From: a virus
Lineage: Duplodnaviria > Caudoviricetes
Length of the DNA stretch: 63,855 nt
Strand: one strand, 5' to 3'
Virus record (IMG/VR): IMGVR_UViG_3300022698_000087
Coordinates: 1 to 63,855 of that record
In this document: piece by piece, positions 46,885-57,027 of the stretch
Layout: each line of letters begins with the position of its first letter
Numbering within the stretch: position 1 is the first letter of the stretch
Translations under genes and position numbers: made by a program
Notes under the pieces: model-generated
What the model was told of the DNA's origin: nothing
Database searches by the model: none
Seen by the model: only the letters and a program-made list of their open reading frames with translations

Positions 46885-46914
46885 ATTATAACATTTATCG
46901 GACCTGGAAGTCAA
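46885..46914 (-). promoter_or_regulatory. Capsid promoter TTGACT-N18-TATAAT with GTCCGATAA in spacer
   Basis: Near-consensus hexamers; overlaps a 15-bp inverted repeat. Confidence 0.75.
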
Positions 46915-46947
46915 GAAAAAATCTTACTTCCAGGTCCGATTTTTCTT

Positions 46948-47763
46948 TTAGTCTCTGCGTCCCGGTTTTCCTGCCAGACCGGCAGCGATACCTGCCGAAA
47001 TCTTATCGGCGGGAGTCATGTTTTTGGTATCTCCCTTTCGAGGAGCCAAGGGGGTCTGTCTGGTATGGGCACCACCACCCTGTGAGGCCTGCTTGGACGG
47101 AAACAGCTGACGATACTCATCCTGGCCAGACATTTCCATCAACAGCTCATCAGGACGCATCAGCTCGCCAGCCCGCTCCGTGGTTTTGGAGTAGCGGGGC
47201 TGACCATTGGCATCCACAACAACCACCTGCGGCTTACCGTCGATCTCTTGGACCTGCATCTGCTGACGGACGAATGGAGCTACCAACTTCGGTGACAGAC
47301 CGGGCCACGTTGTAGCTGCGGCCATGACACTGGTATCCATCATGTAGGAGTGAAGCTCAGACCTTGCCTTACCAAGTTCTGTCTCATGGTTCGAGTTAGC
47401 CGCAGCCAAGGCCTCTGCATGCTGCTTCTTGATTGTATCGATACGAGCAGCAACCTCCTGTTGGCCATGAGACGCCTTGCTGGTTAGTTCTTCAATCTTG
47501 GCCTTCACGGACTCAGCGATTGTGGCCGGATCACTGCCGAACTCTGACAATGCGGACAAATCTACGGCACTATCCTTAGCAGACTTGTTCTCGTTTCTCA
47601 GTCGCTCAATGACGGCCTGTTGCCCAGAGAGCACAGAGATCGCCGTGGCGGTGATTTGGTCGTCACGGAGTGTAAACTCGCCGCTGTCTGCGTCCTCCAC
47701 ATAGAAGACCTGCAGATTAGTGTCCACTTCACTCAGTGACTTGATTTTCTTCGGTATTCTCAT
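46948..47763 (-). CDS. Capsid scaffolding protein
   Basis: Coiled-coil, LF....GGG, ends DKISAG; between portal and MCP. Confidence 0.8.
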   Translation of the reverse strand: MRIPKKIKSLSEVDTNLQVFYVEDADSGEFTLRDDQITATAISVLSGQQAVIERLRNENKSAKDSAVDLSALSEFGSDPATIAESVKAKIEELTSKASHGQQEVAARIDTIKKQHAEALAAANSNHETELGKARSELHSYMMDTSVMAAATTWPGLSPKLVAPFVRQQMQVQEIDGKPQVVVVDANGQPRYSKTTERAGELMRPDELLMEMSGQDEYRQLFPSKQASQGGGAHTRQTPLAPRKGDTKNMTPADKISAGIAAGLAGKPGRRD

Positions 47764-49186
47764 CTTCTGTCCTTTCACTAGAGGTACGGATTACATGGCG
47801 TGGTCGATCCCCGACCACAAAGTCTTCTGACAACAAGCCTCTACGTTGAAGCTCATACAAGTACTCTTCGGTTGTGATTGCACCACGTTCCCAAGAAGTG
47901 TAGAGTGTTTGAAGTTCTGCAGCTTCCGGCGACGTGAACTCTGTGGGAATTGTTCCTTTACCTGTGTGATTTGACTTCATCCAGGCTGACATCATCCAGA
48001 ATGCAAAATTCATCGCATCATTGAATCTGAAAACACAGTCTTGAAGCGGAGATGTCGCCTCAGTTGTGTCGAGATTTCTTGCCGAAGCAGATTCGCGGTC
48101 TGGTCTTTCTTTTGTGAACTCCGCTCCGTAAGACTGCATCCTCTTTTCAAGATCGGCAAGATCTTCACGACCGGCCTTTATGGCGGCTCCCTTATGCTCC
48201 ACGTAGTAAAACCTTGCAGTGGGGTCCGGAGTATATAGCCACTCTTTTGGTCCAATGACCAAGTGACCTTCCTCATCATCACCACCAGAACATGCAAGCA
48301 TCGGAAACCGCGACACCGTCAAGATCGAGATCTGGTCCGACATTGACTGCCAGTGACGTATGTTCAGATCAACAAGATCATCAAGCGGAGATCTTCCTGT
48401 CATGAATCCAGTTCTGTCCGCATAGAATGTCACCATCGGAATGAAGTCGATGTCCATCGCCCAAGTCTCATTGATGTACCACTCTTCACTCTCATCTTGA
48501 CGCCAAATATCCACCCTGACTTTCTGAACGAAGTCAGGATCTTCTTCGGTCCCCATGTTGATGTAGTCAAGCTCAAGGACTCTTATTTGCTCTGAGACAA
48601 CTTCTTCCCACCCATCCAGCTCAACAACGTCTTCCTTGATACGCACATGGGTCAGGATCTCTTTACCATCACGACGTGACGCCAACGCAAAGATTACCTG
48701 CTCGGGCATGATGTGGACCAGATAGGGACGAATGCCAAGAGCGTCGTCGTCAGCCAGCGTTCGTATGGTGTACGGATCATCAATTCTTGGGAACTCTACC
48801 AGGACGTGACTAAACGCTTTAGCCACACCATCGCGGAACCAACGTCTTGCGAACACATCGATATTGTTGCCGTTGAGATCGACATCGTCCATCATGGGAA
48901 CCAAGTGAGGAGAAAAGTCCTCGGTAAACTGCACCTTCGATGCAAACGGACGTCCTACCCAACTGCGGAGAGTTAGATCGGTCATGTTAAATAGGACATT
49001 TCCCCTTATCCGCTCCTCATAGTGCTTCGGAGACTCATGCTCATGCCTTGGTGCCATACGCTCCCTTGCCTCACGCATAGGATCAGTTCCACCAAGAACC
49101 GTACTCATCTTCAACCACTTGGGGGCCATTGCGTTGTAGGCCATGCTAGGAGTAGAGACATCAGCCTTTTGCTTTTTCTTCGCCAT
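47729..49186 (-). CDS. Portal protein (DUF4055-type)
   Basis: GT..MR, RPY, IP.V, PL.DL..LN.RHW; follows terL. Confidence 0.88.
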   Translation of the reverse strand: MAKKKQKADVSTPSMAYNAMAPKWLKMSTVLGGTDPMREARERMAPRHEHESPKHYEERIRGNVLFNMTDLTLRSWVGRPFASKVQFTEDFSPHLVPMMDDVDLNGNNIDVFARRWFRDGVAKAFSHVLVEFPRIDDPYTIRTLADDDALGIRPYLVHIMPEQVIFALASRRDGKEILTHVRIKEDVVELDGWEEVVSEQIRVLELDYINMGTEEDPDFVQKVRVDIWRQDESEEWYINETWAMDIDFIPMVTFYADRTGFMTGRSPLDDLVDLNIRHWQSMSDQISILTVSRFPMLACSGGDDEEGHLVIGPKEWLYTPDPTARFYYVEHKGAAIKAGREDLADLEKRMQSYGAEFTKERPDRESASARNLDTTEATSPLQDCVFRFNDAMNFAFWMMSAWMKSNHTGKGTIPTEFTSPEAAELQTLYTSWERGAITTEEYLYELQRRGLLSEDFVVGDRPRHVIRTSSERTEDENTEENQVTE

Positions 49187-49187
49187 A

Positions 49188-50687
49188 TCACCATGTCCTC
49201 TGTATGATTGAACGTCGGGTCCATCTCAAACGATATCTCCAAGCGTCACCTGCATGATCTTCGACCTTGGCATTAACGTCGTCTAAGTCTTTATCATCTC
49301 TAGGCAAGCACGGAACTGTTCGCCTAGAATCAGCACATCTCTCACAAACAAATATCCCAGGATTCTCTCGCATTCCATCTTCAGGTATAGCACCCTTTAG
49401 CCTCTCACGAATCTGTTGCCAGCCGTGCTTACGAGATCCTTTGGACTTGTCTACAGCGTCCCAATAGATTCCTTCTTTCTTCATGTCACCGGCCACAGTC
49501 TTGGCCCCGTCCACCAAAGCAAAGATCTGACTATCTGCCGGTCCCCTCTTGATGCGACCACGAAGGCCCATTTCCTTTTCTCTAATCCGAATCTGACGAG
49601 CGATCTCTCTGGAAGTCATGTTGAGACCTTCGTTCTCATCTCCGTGACTTCCGTAGTACTCATCAAACAAGAACAGGTCTCCTTTGACAGTGCCAATCTT
49701 TCGTCCATACAGCTCAATAGGCTCACCACTACTTTCGGCCCACCAACAGACCGCGAACGGCTTGGACTGCCCGTGGTCGTAGGACCGATTCAAGAACCAT
49801 CCACTCTTGCGTAGTAGGATGTATGGAATGTTCTGAATCACATGAATTCTCTCATTCCACAGATCATCGAACATGCCACCAGAGGTGATGTCCCAGTCTC
49901 CGTAGACCCATGCACGCAGCTCGGCCTCATTACGTGCAGCGGCTCGAAGCTTCTGCACGTAGTCTGGTTGTGACATCAACAAGATCTTGTTCTCAGAAAG
50001 CGAGCTTCTAATGGCTACTCGCGGAGGCTCGATGTCACCTGCCTTGTTCGTTGCGTCACGAATAACTTCACCGATTAGCATATTGCCCGCCATCGGAAGT
50101 CGGAATCTTCTCTTGACCCAGTTATGCCCAGGGCCGTAGGGGTTCGTGGTCGCCCTAATGCGGCAAAGCTTCGCGACCTGTGGGTGCGTTGATCGGCACA
50201 AAGAGTGAAGGGGCGTATAGCATTCACTGTCAGGCCATGTGGTCAATTCTTCAAACGCCATCCACGAAAACGAGTGACCGTGATAGCTCCAATACTCCTG
50301 GGGCCGCTGTATGTGTCGAAACTTGAGAGTCTCACCAGTGGGCCATGTCCATGTTTTGGCCTGCTTGTTGTACTCTGCCTGTGGCCATATCTTCTTGATC
50401 CACTTCAGAGATTTATTGATGACATCATCAAGCTCTGGAAACGTTCTTCTGAATAGGATTCCCTTCCACTCTTCGCCGAATCCAATACCTACGTGACGTA
50501 GAAAGTCCATCAAGAGGACGTCTGTCTTACCTCCACCACGGTTTCCGGCAAGCAACGCCTCATAGATCGGACATCGTAGAAACGCTTCCTGACTTCCAGG
50601 CTGTGGAAACCAAATGGCTGGAGTGCCATTGATGTATGCACGGAGCATACCATCCTCATCGAGTTTCCAGACAACCTGCTCTGCCAT
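49188..50687 (-). CDS. terL: Terminase large subunit
   Basis: PQPGSQ, GNRGGGKT, FEELT, TTNP.GPGH.WVK, GDW, nuclease DHG ... EDH..DA.RY. Confidence 0.95.
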   Translation of the reverse strand: MAEQVVWKLDEDGMLRAYINGTPAIWFPQPGSQEAFLRCPIYEALLAGNRGGGKTDVLLMDFLRHVGIGFGEEWKGILFRRTFPELDDVINKSLKWIKKIWPQAEYNKQAKTWTWPTGETLKFRHIQRPQEYWSYHGHSFSWMAFEELTTWPDSECYTPLHSLCRSTHPQVAKLCRIRATTNPYGPGHNWVKRRFRLPMAGNMLIGEVIRDATNKAGDIEPPRVAIRSSLSENKILLMSQPDYVQKLRAAARNEAELRAWVYGDWDITSGGMFDDLWNERIHVIQNIPYILLRKSGWFLNRSYDHGQSKPFAVCWWAESSGEPIELYGRKIGTVKGDLFLFDEYYGSHGDENEGLNMTSREIARQIRIREKEMGLRGRIKRGPADSQIFALVDGAKTVAGDMKKEGIYWDAVDKSKGSRKHGWQQIRERLKGAIPEDGMRENPGIFVCERCADSRRTVPCLPRDDKDLDDVNAKVEDHAGDAWRYRLRWTRRSIIQRTW

Positions 50688-51049
50688 TACTTATCTTCAA
50701 TCAAGATGGAGTACTTGAAGTTCTCGCATGTTTCGCAATCTAGTGTTTCACAGAGCTTCATGGAGCACTTTTTAGTTCCAGAGAATCTGTATCCACAATT
50801 TTTGCATTTCGTGTCGGGCGGACTCACCAGCCACTTCTTTACGGCCTCCATACAAACTTCCGGAGAGATGTTGTCTCCGTATCGCTCATTCAATGTTTCA
50901 GCGGCGGCCGCGACTCCCACCAGGGCCACATCCTTGTCGAAGCGACACTCAACCATCATCTTGACATTCGGCTTCACCTTGCTGCACACATACACTGTCA
51001 ATCCTTGATGTGTCAACTCTAGCTCCAGCATACTGTTTCTCCCACTCAT
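50687..51049 (-). CDS. Hypothetical protein with C-terminal Cys cluster
   Basis: Between terS and terL; overlaps terS 3' end. Confidence 0.5.
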   Translation of the reverse strand: MSGRNSMLELELTHQGLTVYVCSKVKPNVKMMVECRFDKDVALVGVAAAAETLNERYGDNISPEVCMEAVKKWLVSPPDTKCKNCGYRFSGTKKCSMKLCETLDCETCENFKYSILIEDK

Positions 51050-51485
51050 CAGGGTCCAAGGACGTTTGGACTACAAGAACGCCAGCTTTGACGTTCGCAT
51101 CAACGGATACATGTTCACGATATTTGGGGTTATTGGCCTTAGCCAAAGCCAACAGCAGTGTGTCACTGTACTGTCGCTCAGTGGCAACAAGCTTACCCTT
51201 GAAGTAGATCCCCTTGGGCACCCCGTTGATAGCACGATCATGAACTGCAGCATCAATCAGCTCAGCATATCCACGCATCGCGGCCAATTCACGCTCTTTC
51301 AGCTCATCATCTGTACGCATCAAATAAGACATCCGGCCAGGGTCCACTCCAGCCATCATGGCAGAGTGTCTCTTTCTCCCTGACGTCTCCAAGTGCCCCA
51401 AATACAGCTTAATTTGGGCCTCTGTGATGTCCGGAAGGGCCGGAAGCTTCTTATCAACGTCGATTTTTACTGGTAATTTCGTCAT
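50949..51485 (-). CDS. terS: Terminase small subunit
   Basis: HTH-like N-terminus, RA..GV...YSD.LL..L.KA..P.Y. Confidence 0.8.
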   Translation of the reverse strand: MTKLPVKIDVDKKLPALPDITEAQIKLYLGHLETSGRKRHSAMMAGVDPGRMSYLMRTDDELKERELAAMRGYAELIDAAVHDRAINGVPKGIYFKGKLVATERQYSDTLLLALAKANNPKYREHVSVDANVKAGVLVVQTSLDPDEWEKQYAGARVDTSRIDSVCVQQGEAECQDDG

Positions 51486-51494
51486 TCTGCGTAG

Positions 51495-51523
51495 ATTATA
51501 GGACATATCGACGCAGAAGTCAA
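51495..51523 (-). promoter_or_regulatory. terS promoter TTGACT-N17-TATAAT; GTCCTATAA overlaps -10
   Basis: Near-consensus hexamers, 17-bp spacer. Confidence 0.8.
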
Positions 51524-51530
51524 GAAAATT

Positions 51531-53039
51531 CTACTCTAAACCCTCGATTCTGACATTTCCCGTCAATTCGACGGTCTTTATGCGTCCCCGGTCGTTCTTC
51601 TGATACATCCAGACCTTTCCGAGGTCCGTATCCGCCGTGTGAGCCGTTGGAATGTGCTCGTCATCAACGAAGATCTTGAGTCCTTTGCTGATTGCGGCCA
51701 TCTCACTGAATCCTGGGTCTGTCTTGATTGCTGATATTCTCATCAGAATAGCTCCAACTGTTGGCCCACCTTCACCTGTACTGGTCTAAGGGCCTTCTCT
51801 CTGTTATCAATGAATTCCTTCCGCTCCAGAATGATCTCTTCACTTGCCCGCACTACGCCCAGGAGGGCTCGTTGGTGATTCTTCGGGATCTCCGGGCCGT
51901 GGGCATAGTGCAGTGTCTCATCCATGAACTCCTGGTCTGTCATTCCCATATACTTCCACGGGAACACGTCCATATTGACGTTTAGACCGCACGGCCTGCA
52001 GTGCTTGGAGATGAACTCAGGAGTCAGGAAGTCGAATCTTGACATTTCTTCCTCATGGCCTCCCGGCAGATCGGACTATGTCCCTCTGTCAGGCTTACCT
52101 TGAGCCCGCCATCGGCTTCATAGTTTCGGCCGCATGCCGGACAGATGTTTACAGGCACCTTCTTATACGGAAACCTGAGCCACGGATATAGGTCGTTTAT
52201 ATTCATTCCGGATGATATACAATTTGGTGGGAGATTTCTTCCGTTCCGTCATCGCTCAAGACATGGATGTCACTTCCTGGGGCCGCTGGCGGCACACAGT
52301 CAATCTCCTCTCCGTAGCCTGTTGATACCGTAATGGCCCGACTCCCATCATCCATCGCAGCACTGATGCGAACGTCCTCTACATATTTTACGAGTTTTGA
52401 TCCATCCTGATAATAGATTCTCAGAATCATTCTCTTGGTCTCCTATAGATTGCATATTCGTGGGGCTTCAACGCAGCATCAACTGCTATTGGAATCCCGA
52501 ATACCGCGTCACATGTTGTCATTGTTGATGACAGTGACATCAGCTCAGGCATGAGCCTCCACCCCACCACGATCTTGAAGGGCTCTGTGACATCGTCGTC
52601 CAGAGCCTCTGCAAGATCGTTGAGCAGCTTGTCTCTAGTTCTGAGCGGCGGCATAGGTCTTCGACTTCAGGACGATATCCACCAGGGCTACCTCTATGTG
52701 TCCCATGTTCTGGATCACGTCTTCTGCGGCGATCTCGATCACTTCCGGCTCTCCGTCAGGCGGTGCCAGGATGACCTTGAACTTGTCACCCTCGAATTGG
52801 TAGATGAGGCGAACACTGCGTGACATCAAGAACATCATGACGCCGGACCAACGCTGATTCACGCCTTGGACTCGCTTGAGCAGCTCCAGGATCATCTTCG
52901 GCCAATTCGACCAATACTTCTTGCGGATCGCGTTCTCTTGGGCCAGCATATTCGGCTCAACCACGTTAAGCTCTTTCTTCTTCTGGTTTCTCTTCCTTGC
53001 CAGTTTCTGCCTGTCTACAGGATGTCTGCGTGGGTTCAT
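51531..53039 (-). CDS. Run of six small coupled hypothetical genes (51531-51743, 51743-52045, 52024-52206, 52203-52430, 52427-52654, 52635-53039)
   Basis: Overlapping start/stop codons, same strand. Confidence 0.6.
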
Positions 53040-53533
53040 CTCTTAACTCCTACAAAGTATATCTTTCTGACGATGTTCTTCGGTGGCCACTCCAGCTTGA
53101 CGCCTACGTTTAGCATCGTAGCAGTGACATCCATCCCCATCGCCTCGGGACATTCGGTCATTACTAGGTTCAGGCGAGTGTGATCTTTTCGGTGCTCTTC
53201 CATCCATGCATCACAGTGTTGTCGCAGGAACTTCCTAACTGAGCCTTGCCAGTAAAGACAACACTCCAACTGCCGTTTGCTCCAAAGTGGATGTAGTGTC
53301 TGCATTCTTCTGACGTGGGCACCAAAATTGAACTCTGCCCATAAAGCCCAGGAGGGCGACGTTGTGTCGAAGAACTCGTGCCATAGCGGAGCGTCCGGAG
53401 GACATGTGGCCCGCTTGCCGTAGTTGGGGCATCCCTTTGGGTGATTCGGATAGGGCCTGCAGCACAATCCACGGATGTGGGTCGGATGCAGGATCACCTC
53501 AGTCAGTTGTTTGGTGCGGAAGGTGCAGTCCAC
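53036..53533 (-). CDS. DUF2284-like Cys-rich metal-binding protein
   Basis: CPNYGK...CPP and PEAMG.DV; likely GTG start 53533. Confidence 0.75.
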   Translation of the reverse strand: MDCTFRTKQLTEVILHPTHIRGLCCRPYPNHPKGCPNYGKRATCPPDAPLWHEFFDTTSPSWALWAEFNFGAHVRRMQTLHPLWSKRQLECCLYWQGSVRKFLRQHCDAWMEEHRKDHTRLNLVMTECPEAMGMDVTATMLNVGVKLEWPPKNIVRKIYFVGVKR

Positions 53534-53615
53534 TATTCTTGATCCTTTTCGTACCAGTCCAGTACTACGGTCATGGCGTTGTTGTCGGCCCCCAGGTATC
53601 CTACCACTCTCTTTG

Positions 53616-54239
53616 TTATTGACATAGTTTGAAGCTTTCAATCCCAAGGTCGTAAAGCCACTTGTCGAGATGTCTGCTGGCAACGTAGTCAGCCAAGTGG
53701 GTAAACTGTGCCACCTTACTGCAGCTCAGGTAGATCGATTCCTGATGAGTAATCTCGTGTGTCCACTTTCCCATGTGGAGTTTCACTGCGTTGAGAATGC
53801 TAATATGGGAGGACTGCGAAATCAAATCCCTCACGTTAGGGTTCTCTTGAAGATATCTGTTGACCGTGTCGGCACAATAACGGCCGTGGCCTCGTCTGGC
53901 AGTGAGATGGTCCGGAAATGATTGAGCCTCATCTGACACACTGCCCCGCTTGAACATGTCGTGGAGCAAGACGGCACAGATAATCTCATCTCTGGACTCA
54001 GCATCGTCCTCATGCCACCCCTCAGAAAGAGAGGTGGCAAATCGGACGGCCAGTTTTGTATGAAGGACCAGACCTCCAGGCCTAGTACATGCTTCAGGAT
54101 GCTTTCCAGTGCTGCTCGCTGGGATGGTCCAGAAATAGGCAGGACATAGATCGTCGAAGATACATTCGACCCATGTTCTCTTGAAGACGGATTGGATGCT
54201 CAGTAGCTCTTCTCTGAACACATCTTTCGCGTTAGGCAC
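53616..54239 (-). CDS. HD-domain phosphohydrolase
   Basis: PASSTGKH, GGL..HT, LLHD..K, HMG.W, HLADY; GTG start with AGGAG SD. Confidence 0.85.
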   Translation of the reverse strand: MPNAKDVFREELLSIQSVFKRTWVECIFDDLCPAYFWTIPASSTGKHPEACTRPGGLVLHTKLAVRFATSLSEGWHEDDAESRDEIICAVLLHDMFKRGSVSDEAQSFPDHLTARRGHGRYCADTVNRYLQENPNVRDLISQSSHISILNAVKLHMGKWTHEITHQESIYLSCSKVAQFTHLADYVASRHLDKWLYDLGIESFKLCQ

Positions 54240-54240
54240 T

Positions 54241-54594
54241 TTACGCTCCTTTACCTGTTCCGCTGCATCTGGTGCAGGTTGTTTGACCGACGGTTTTTCT
54301 ACCACCACACACCGGACATACGCCCGGCACCAGGACTCGCTTGCTGTCGATGGTCTGACCATCGTTATCCATGAAGAAGACTCGATCCCCGTGGTACAGC
54401 CTGACCTGAATGCCGTGGAACTCATCATCCAGTAGCGGATAGCATTGGAGAACAACGAAATCGTCTCCGGCCTCGTGGTTCTTCCAGACCGCTCTCTCCA
54501 GCTCCATAATCTGCTTGTCATTCCGGTGGTCGTCTTGAATCTTCACAAACATCTGCATTCTCCTGACTATGGTTTCTACTATCTCTACAGGCAC
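54241..54594 (-). CDS. Hypothetical protein with C-terminal DnaJ-type CxxCxGxG finger
   Basis: CPVCGG...CTRCSGTG. Confidence 0.6.
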   Translation of the reverse strand: MPVEIVETIVRRMQMFVKIQDDHRNDKQIMELERAVWKNHEAGDDFVVLQCYPLLDDEFHGIQVRLYHGDRVFFMDNDGQTIDSKRVLVPGVCPVCGGRKTVGQTTCTRCSGTGKGA

Positions 54595-54623
54595 TTACCC
54601 ATATATCTCTCATTCATTCCCTA

Positions 54624-54652
54624 ATTCTACCACATTCATGTTCGAGGGTCAA
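54624..54652 (-). promoter_or_regulatory. Promoter TTGACC-N17-TAGAAT
   Basis: Near-consensus hexamers. Confidence 0.7.
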
Positions 54653-54691
54653 TGGCTATTTTATAAAATAATTGTGGATAGAGAATATCCA

Positions 54692-55064
54692 TTATAGGAC
54701 TTTTGGGGTTGGTTGATTTTTTTGAAATTTTGAAACTCAAAACCTCACGCAGTGGTGACGGGTGCCAGGAAGGGGCGTCCGATAATTCATGGGGGGAAAG
54801 GCCCCTATACCCGTTATTATCGGACCATAAATCCTCGATCTAATGCAATGAGCGATGATATTATCGGACCACAATGAGTGGCCTCGGTCGATGGTTATAG
54901 GACGTTCGATATTATAGGACGTGTGTTATGGGACGTCGATATTATCGGACGTGGTAGGTCCGATAACAAGGGCACAACATAACCTGTCTTATCGGACGTT
55001 GGTTATAGGACGTGCCAGCTGGCTGGTCCGATAATAAATCACGCACCACCTGGACGTCCGATAA
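54692..55064. repeat. Array 1 of GTCCNATAA motif (13 copies, both orientations)
   Basis: Copies at 54692, 54777, 54817, 54861, 54895, 54912, 54926, 54942, 54958, 54989, 55003, 55026, 55056. Confidence 0.92.
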
Positions 55065-55085
55065 TAAATTCTGATGGCCAAACGT

Positions 55086-55122
55086 TCGGCCCGCGTTGGT
55101 GGGTTAGTCCAACGCGGGCCGA
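55086..55122. terminator. 14-bp GC hairpin closing the 55.1-57.4 kb gene island
   Basis: TCGGCCCGCGTTGG/CCAACGCGGGCCGA. Confidence 0.7.
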
Positions 55123-55151
55123 TGTGAGAAAGGAAGTGCTAAGCCAGTGGA

Positions 55152-55700
55152 TTAGGCTGGCGGATTTGCTTCTTTCACGTGGTTGAATTGATCTTGTTCG
55201 ATGTCAACAGGCTTATCATGAATGTATAGGTGGCCTTGTCCATCTACTTGCACGCTTGCGGATATCAGGCTTTCGACATCGACGAAATCTTCTGGCGTGT
55301 CGCCGTATTCGCTACACGTTAGAGCGTGATCGTGTCCGATCTGGTCTGGATGTTGGCGGTATTTGGGCCATTCACATATACAACCACTGTAGAGATAGTC
55401 GGGCCCATTCGCTCCGGCCGGAGTCTGTTTGTAGTCAAGCCAAACGCAATGGACGCCAAGCACTTCCCGTAAACGTTCCCAAATCACAAGCACCACTTTC
55501 GGGTCTACGTCCGATAAGATGTCAATTCGACATCCTGGCTCTACTCTGTTCATGTTTCCGCGTTTCACGTGAACGCTTGACCACATCGGGGTTACATTCG
55601 TGACAAGCCGATAGCTTGACAGAATAACGGCCGAACGTCTGGCGATTTCCATTGGCAATGTGTTCATTGTCGGAACACTGAGAAATAGTCTACTCTTCAT
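55152..55700 (-). CDS. Hypothetical protein
   Basis: 182-aa ORF with SD-like AAGGG. Confidence 0.65.
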   Translation of the reverse strand: MKSRLFLSVPTMNTLPMEIARRSAVILSSYRLVTNVTPMWSSVHVKRGNMNRVEPGCRIDILSDVDPKVVLVIWERLREVLGVHCVWLDYKQTPAGANGPDYLYSGCICEWPKYRQHPDQIGHDHALTCSEYGDTPEDFVDVESLISASVQVDGQGHLYIHDKPVDIEQDQFNHVKEANPPA

Positions 55701-55798
55701 GGGTTGCCCTTTCTACTGTGGTTTGGTTTCTTGCTATCAAGTGGCCTATGGCGTCCATACGATGGACGCCACAAGGCACACGATAGAAAGGGATTTGT

Positions 55799-56023
55799 CT
55801 AGGCGTCAAGCCACGAATCGATAACGCTCTTGGCTTGCGTCTTGTTGTCGAATTTGCCCATGAATTCGTCGGCCGAATTCCAGACGACACACATAATGCC
55901 ATCGTCCAACGTGTATCCACGGTAGGACTCAGAATCCGGGCAATTGTCTTTCATGAATTCGCCCATTGTTGTTCCAGTCTGGCTTGCGTTCTTGGCGTCG
56001 AAATCTGTTCTGTAATCGTCCAT
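55799..56023 (-). CDS. Small acidic hypothetical protein
   Basis: ATG 56023 (MDDYRTDF) with GAAAGGG SD. Confidence 0.6.
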   Translation of the reverse strand: MDDYRTDFDAKNASQTGTTMGEFMKDNCPDSESYRGYTLDDGIMCVVWNSADEFMGKFDNKTQAKSVIDSWLDA

Positions 56024-56124
56024 TGTTACACCCTTTCTCACATTAGGCAAATCAAAGTTGCTAACACTAGAAACCCCATTTGCCTTGCCGATATGTTGTT
56101 GAATATCATTGTTCCCATACTTAT

Positions 56125-56152
56125 AGTATAATGCACACTTGGAAAGATGCAA
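56125..56152 (-). promoter_or_regulatory. Promoter TTGCAT-N16-TATACT
   Basis: Same hexamers as other early promoters. Confidence 0.65.
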
Positions 56153-56160
56153 ACGGAAAA

Positions 56161-56403
56161 TCAGATTTTTCCAGACATTACGGCTGCATATTCAATGAAA
56201 TTACGTTTGTGATAGTGTAGGGCAAGCCGATACATGGCTTTACGTGCAAGCCTTGTGTAGCTATGTGGTTTCATCCTATCAAAGAACATTCGGCACACTT
56301 GACGATTTGACGTCCCAACGTGAACACGTCCCATAAACCATTCAACCATCGGAGCATTCGCCTTGACCGTCTCTACTGTTATTATCGGACGTTTGTGTTT
56401 CAT
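56161..56403 (-). CDS. Small basic hypothetical protein
   Basis: Coupled ORF. Confidence 0.6.
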   Translation of the reverse strand: MKHKRPIITVETVKANAPMVEWFMGRVHVGTSNRQVCRMFFDRMKPHSYTRLARKAMYRLALHYHKRNFIEYAAVMSGKI

Positions 56404-56406
56404 GGC

Positions 56407-57027
56407 TCAGTCTCTCCATTCTGGGAATACTGGCGTTTCGCATTTGATTTCGCGATAGACTTGCAAGAACGATCTATCACGTAATCCATTTTTCCGTCTA
56501 ATGGCGTACCATATGACGGCTTGATATCCAGCTGGCGTTGCGTTGCATCGTCTGGCGTCTTGGCGAATCTTGCGTTCAAGTCTGGCGTATATGCTTGGCG
56601 TCAAGGCCTTGTGCTTTATGCCGTACGCTCTACAAATCCAAACGTCAATTGTTACAACGTCCAAATTGCCCTTGAGATTTGCAGCAAATCGAGAAACCTT
56701 AGGGCCATGTATCGGCTTGCGTTGAAAAGATCGGAGCACGTTGTCCAAATGTGCTGGCATTAGCGAGCCAAGCACATCGGCCAATTTCTCTGGCTTGGCG
56801 TCACGATTCAAGTAAGCTTGCATAATCTCTACGGACATTCTCCAATTCTTCTTTACCGATATTCTTGGCGAAGTGCTTGCCAGGATATCGACGAACGTTT
56901 CCCAGTATGGGCCCCATAGACTTTGAATAAGTGCTTTGGAGTCTTGATACCACGTTAACGCCGAATAGTCGATTTCGTCAAGCTTGCATCTAAGACGCAA
57001 GCGAATTTTCTGTTTCTTCTTTGCCAT
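56407..57027 (-). CDS. Helix-hairpin-helix DNA glycosylase-like protein (DUF7178-like)
   Basis: WY...LA.TSP..SV..N, GPKV..F..N..G....VTID.W..R, QA..W. Confidence 0.55.
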   Translation of the reverse strand: MAKKKQKIRLRLRCKLDEIDYSALTWYQDSKALIQSLWGPYWETFVDILASTSPRISVKKNWRMSVEIMQAYLNRDAKPEKLADVLGSLMPAHLDNVLRSFQRKPIHGPKVSRFAANLKGNLDVVTIDVWICRAYGIKHKALTPSIYARLERKIRQDARRCNATPAGYQAVIWYAIRRKNGLRDRSFLQVYREIKCETPVFPEWRD

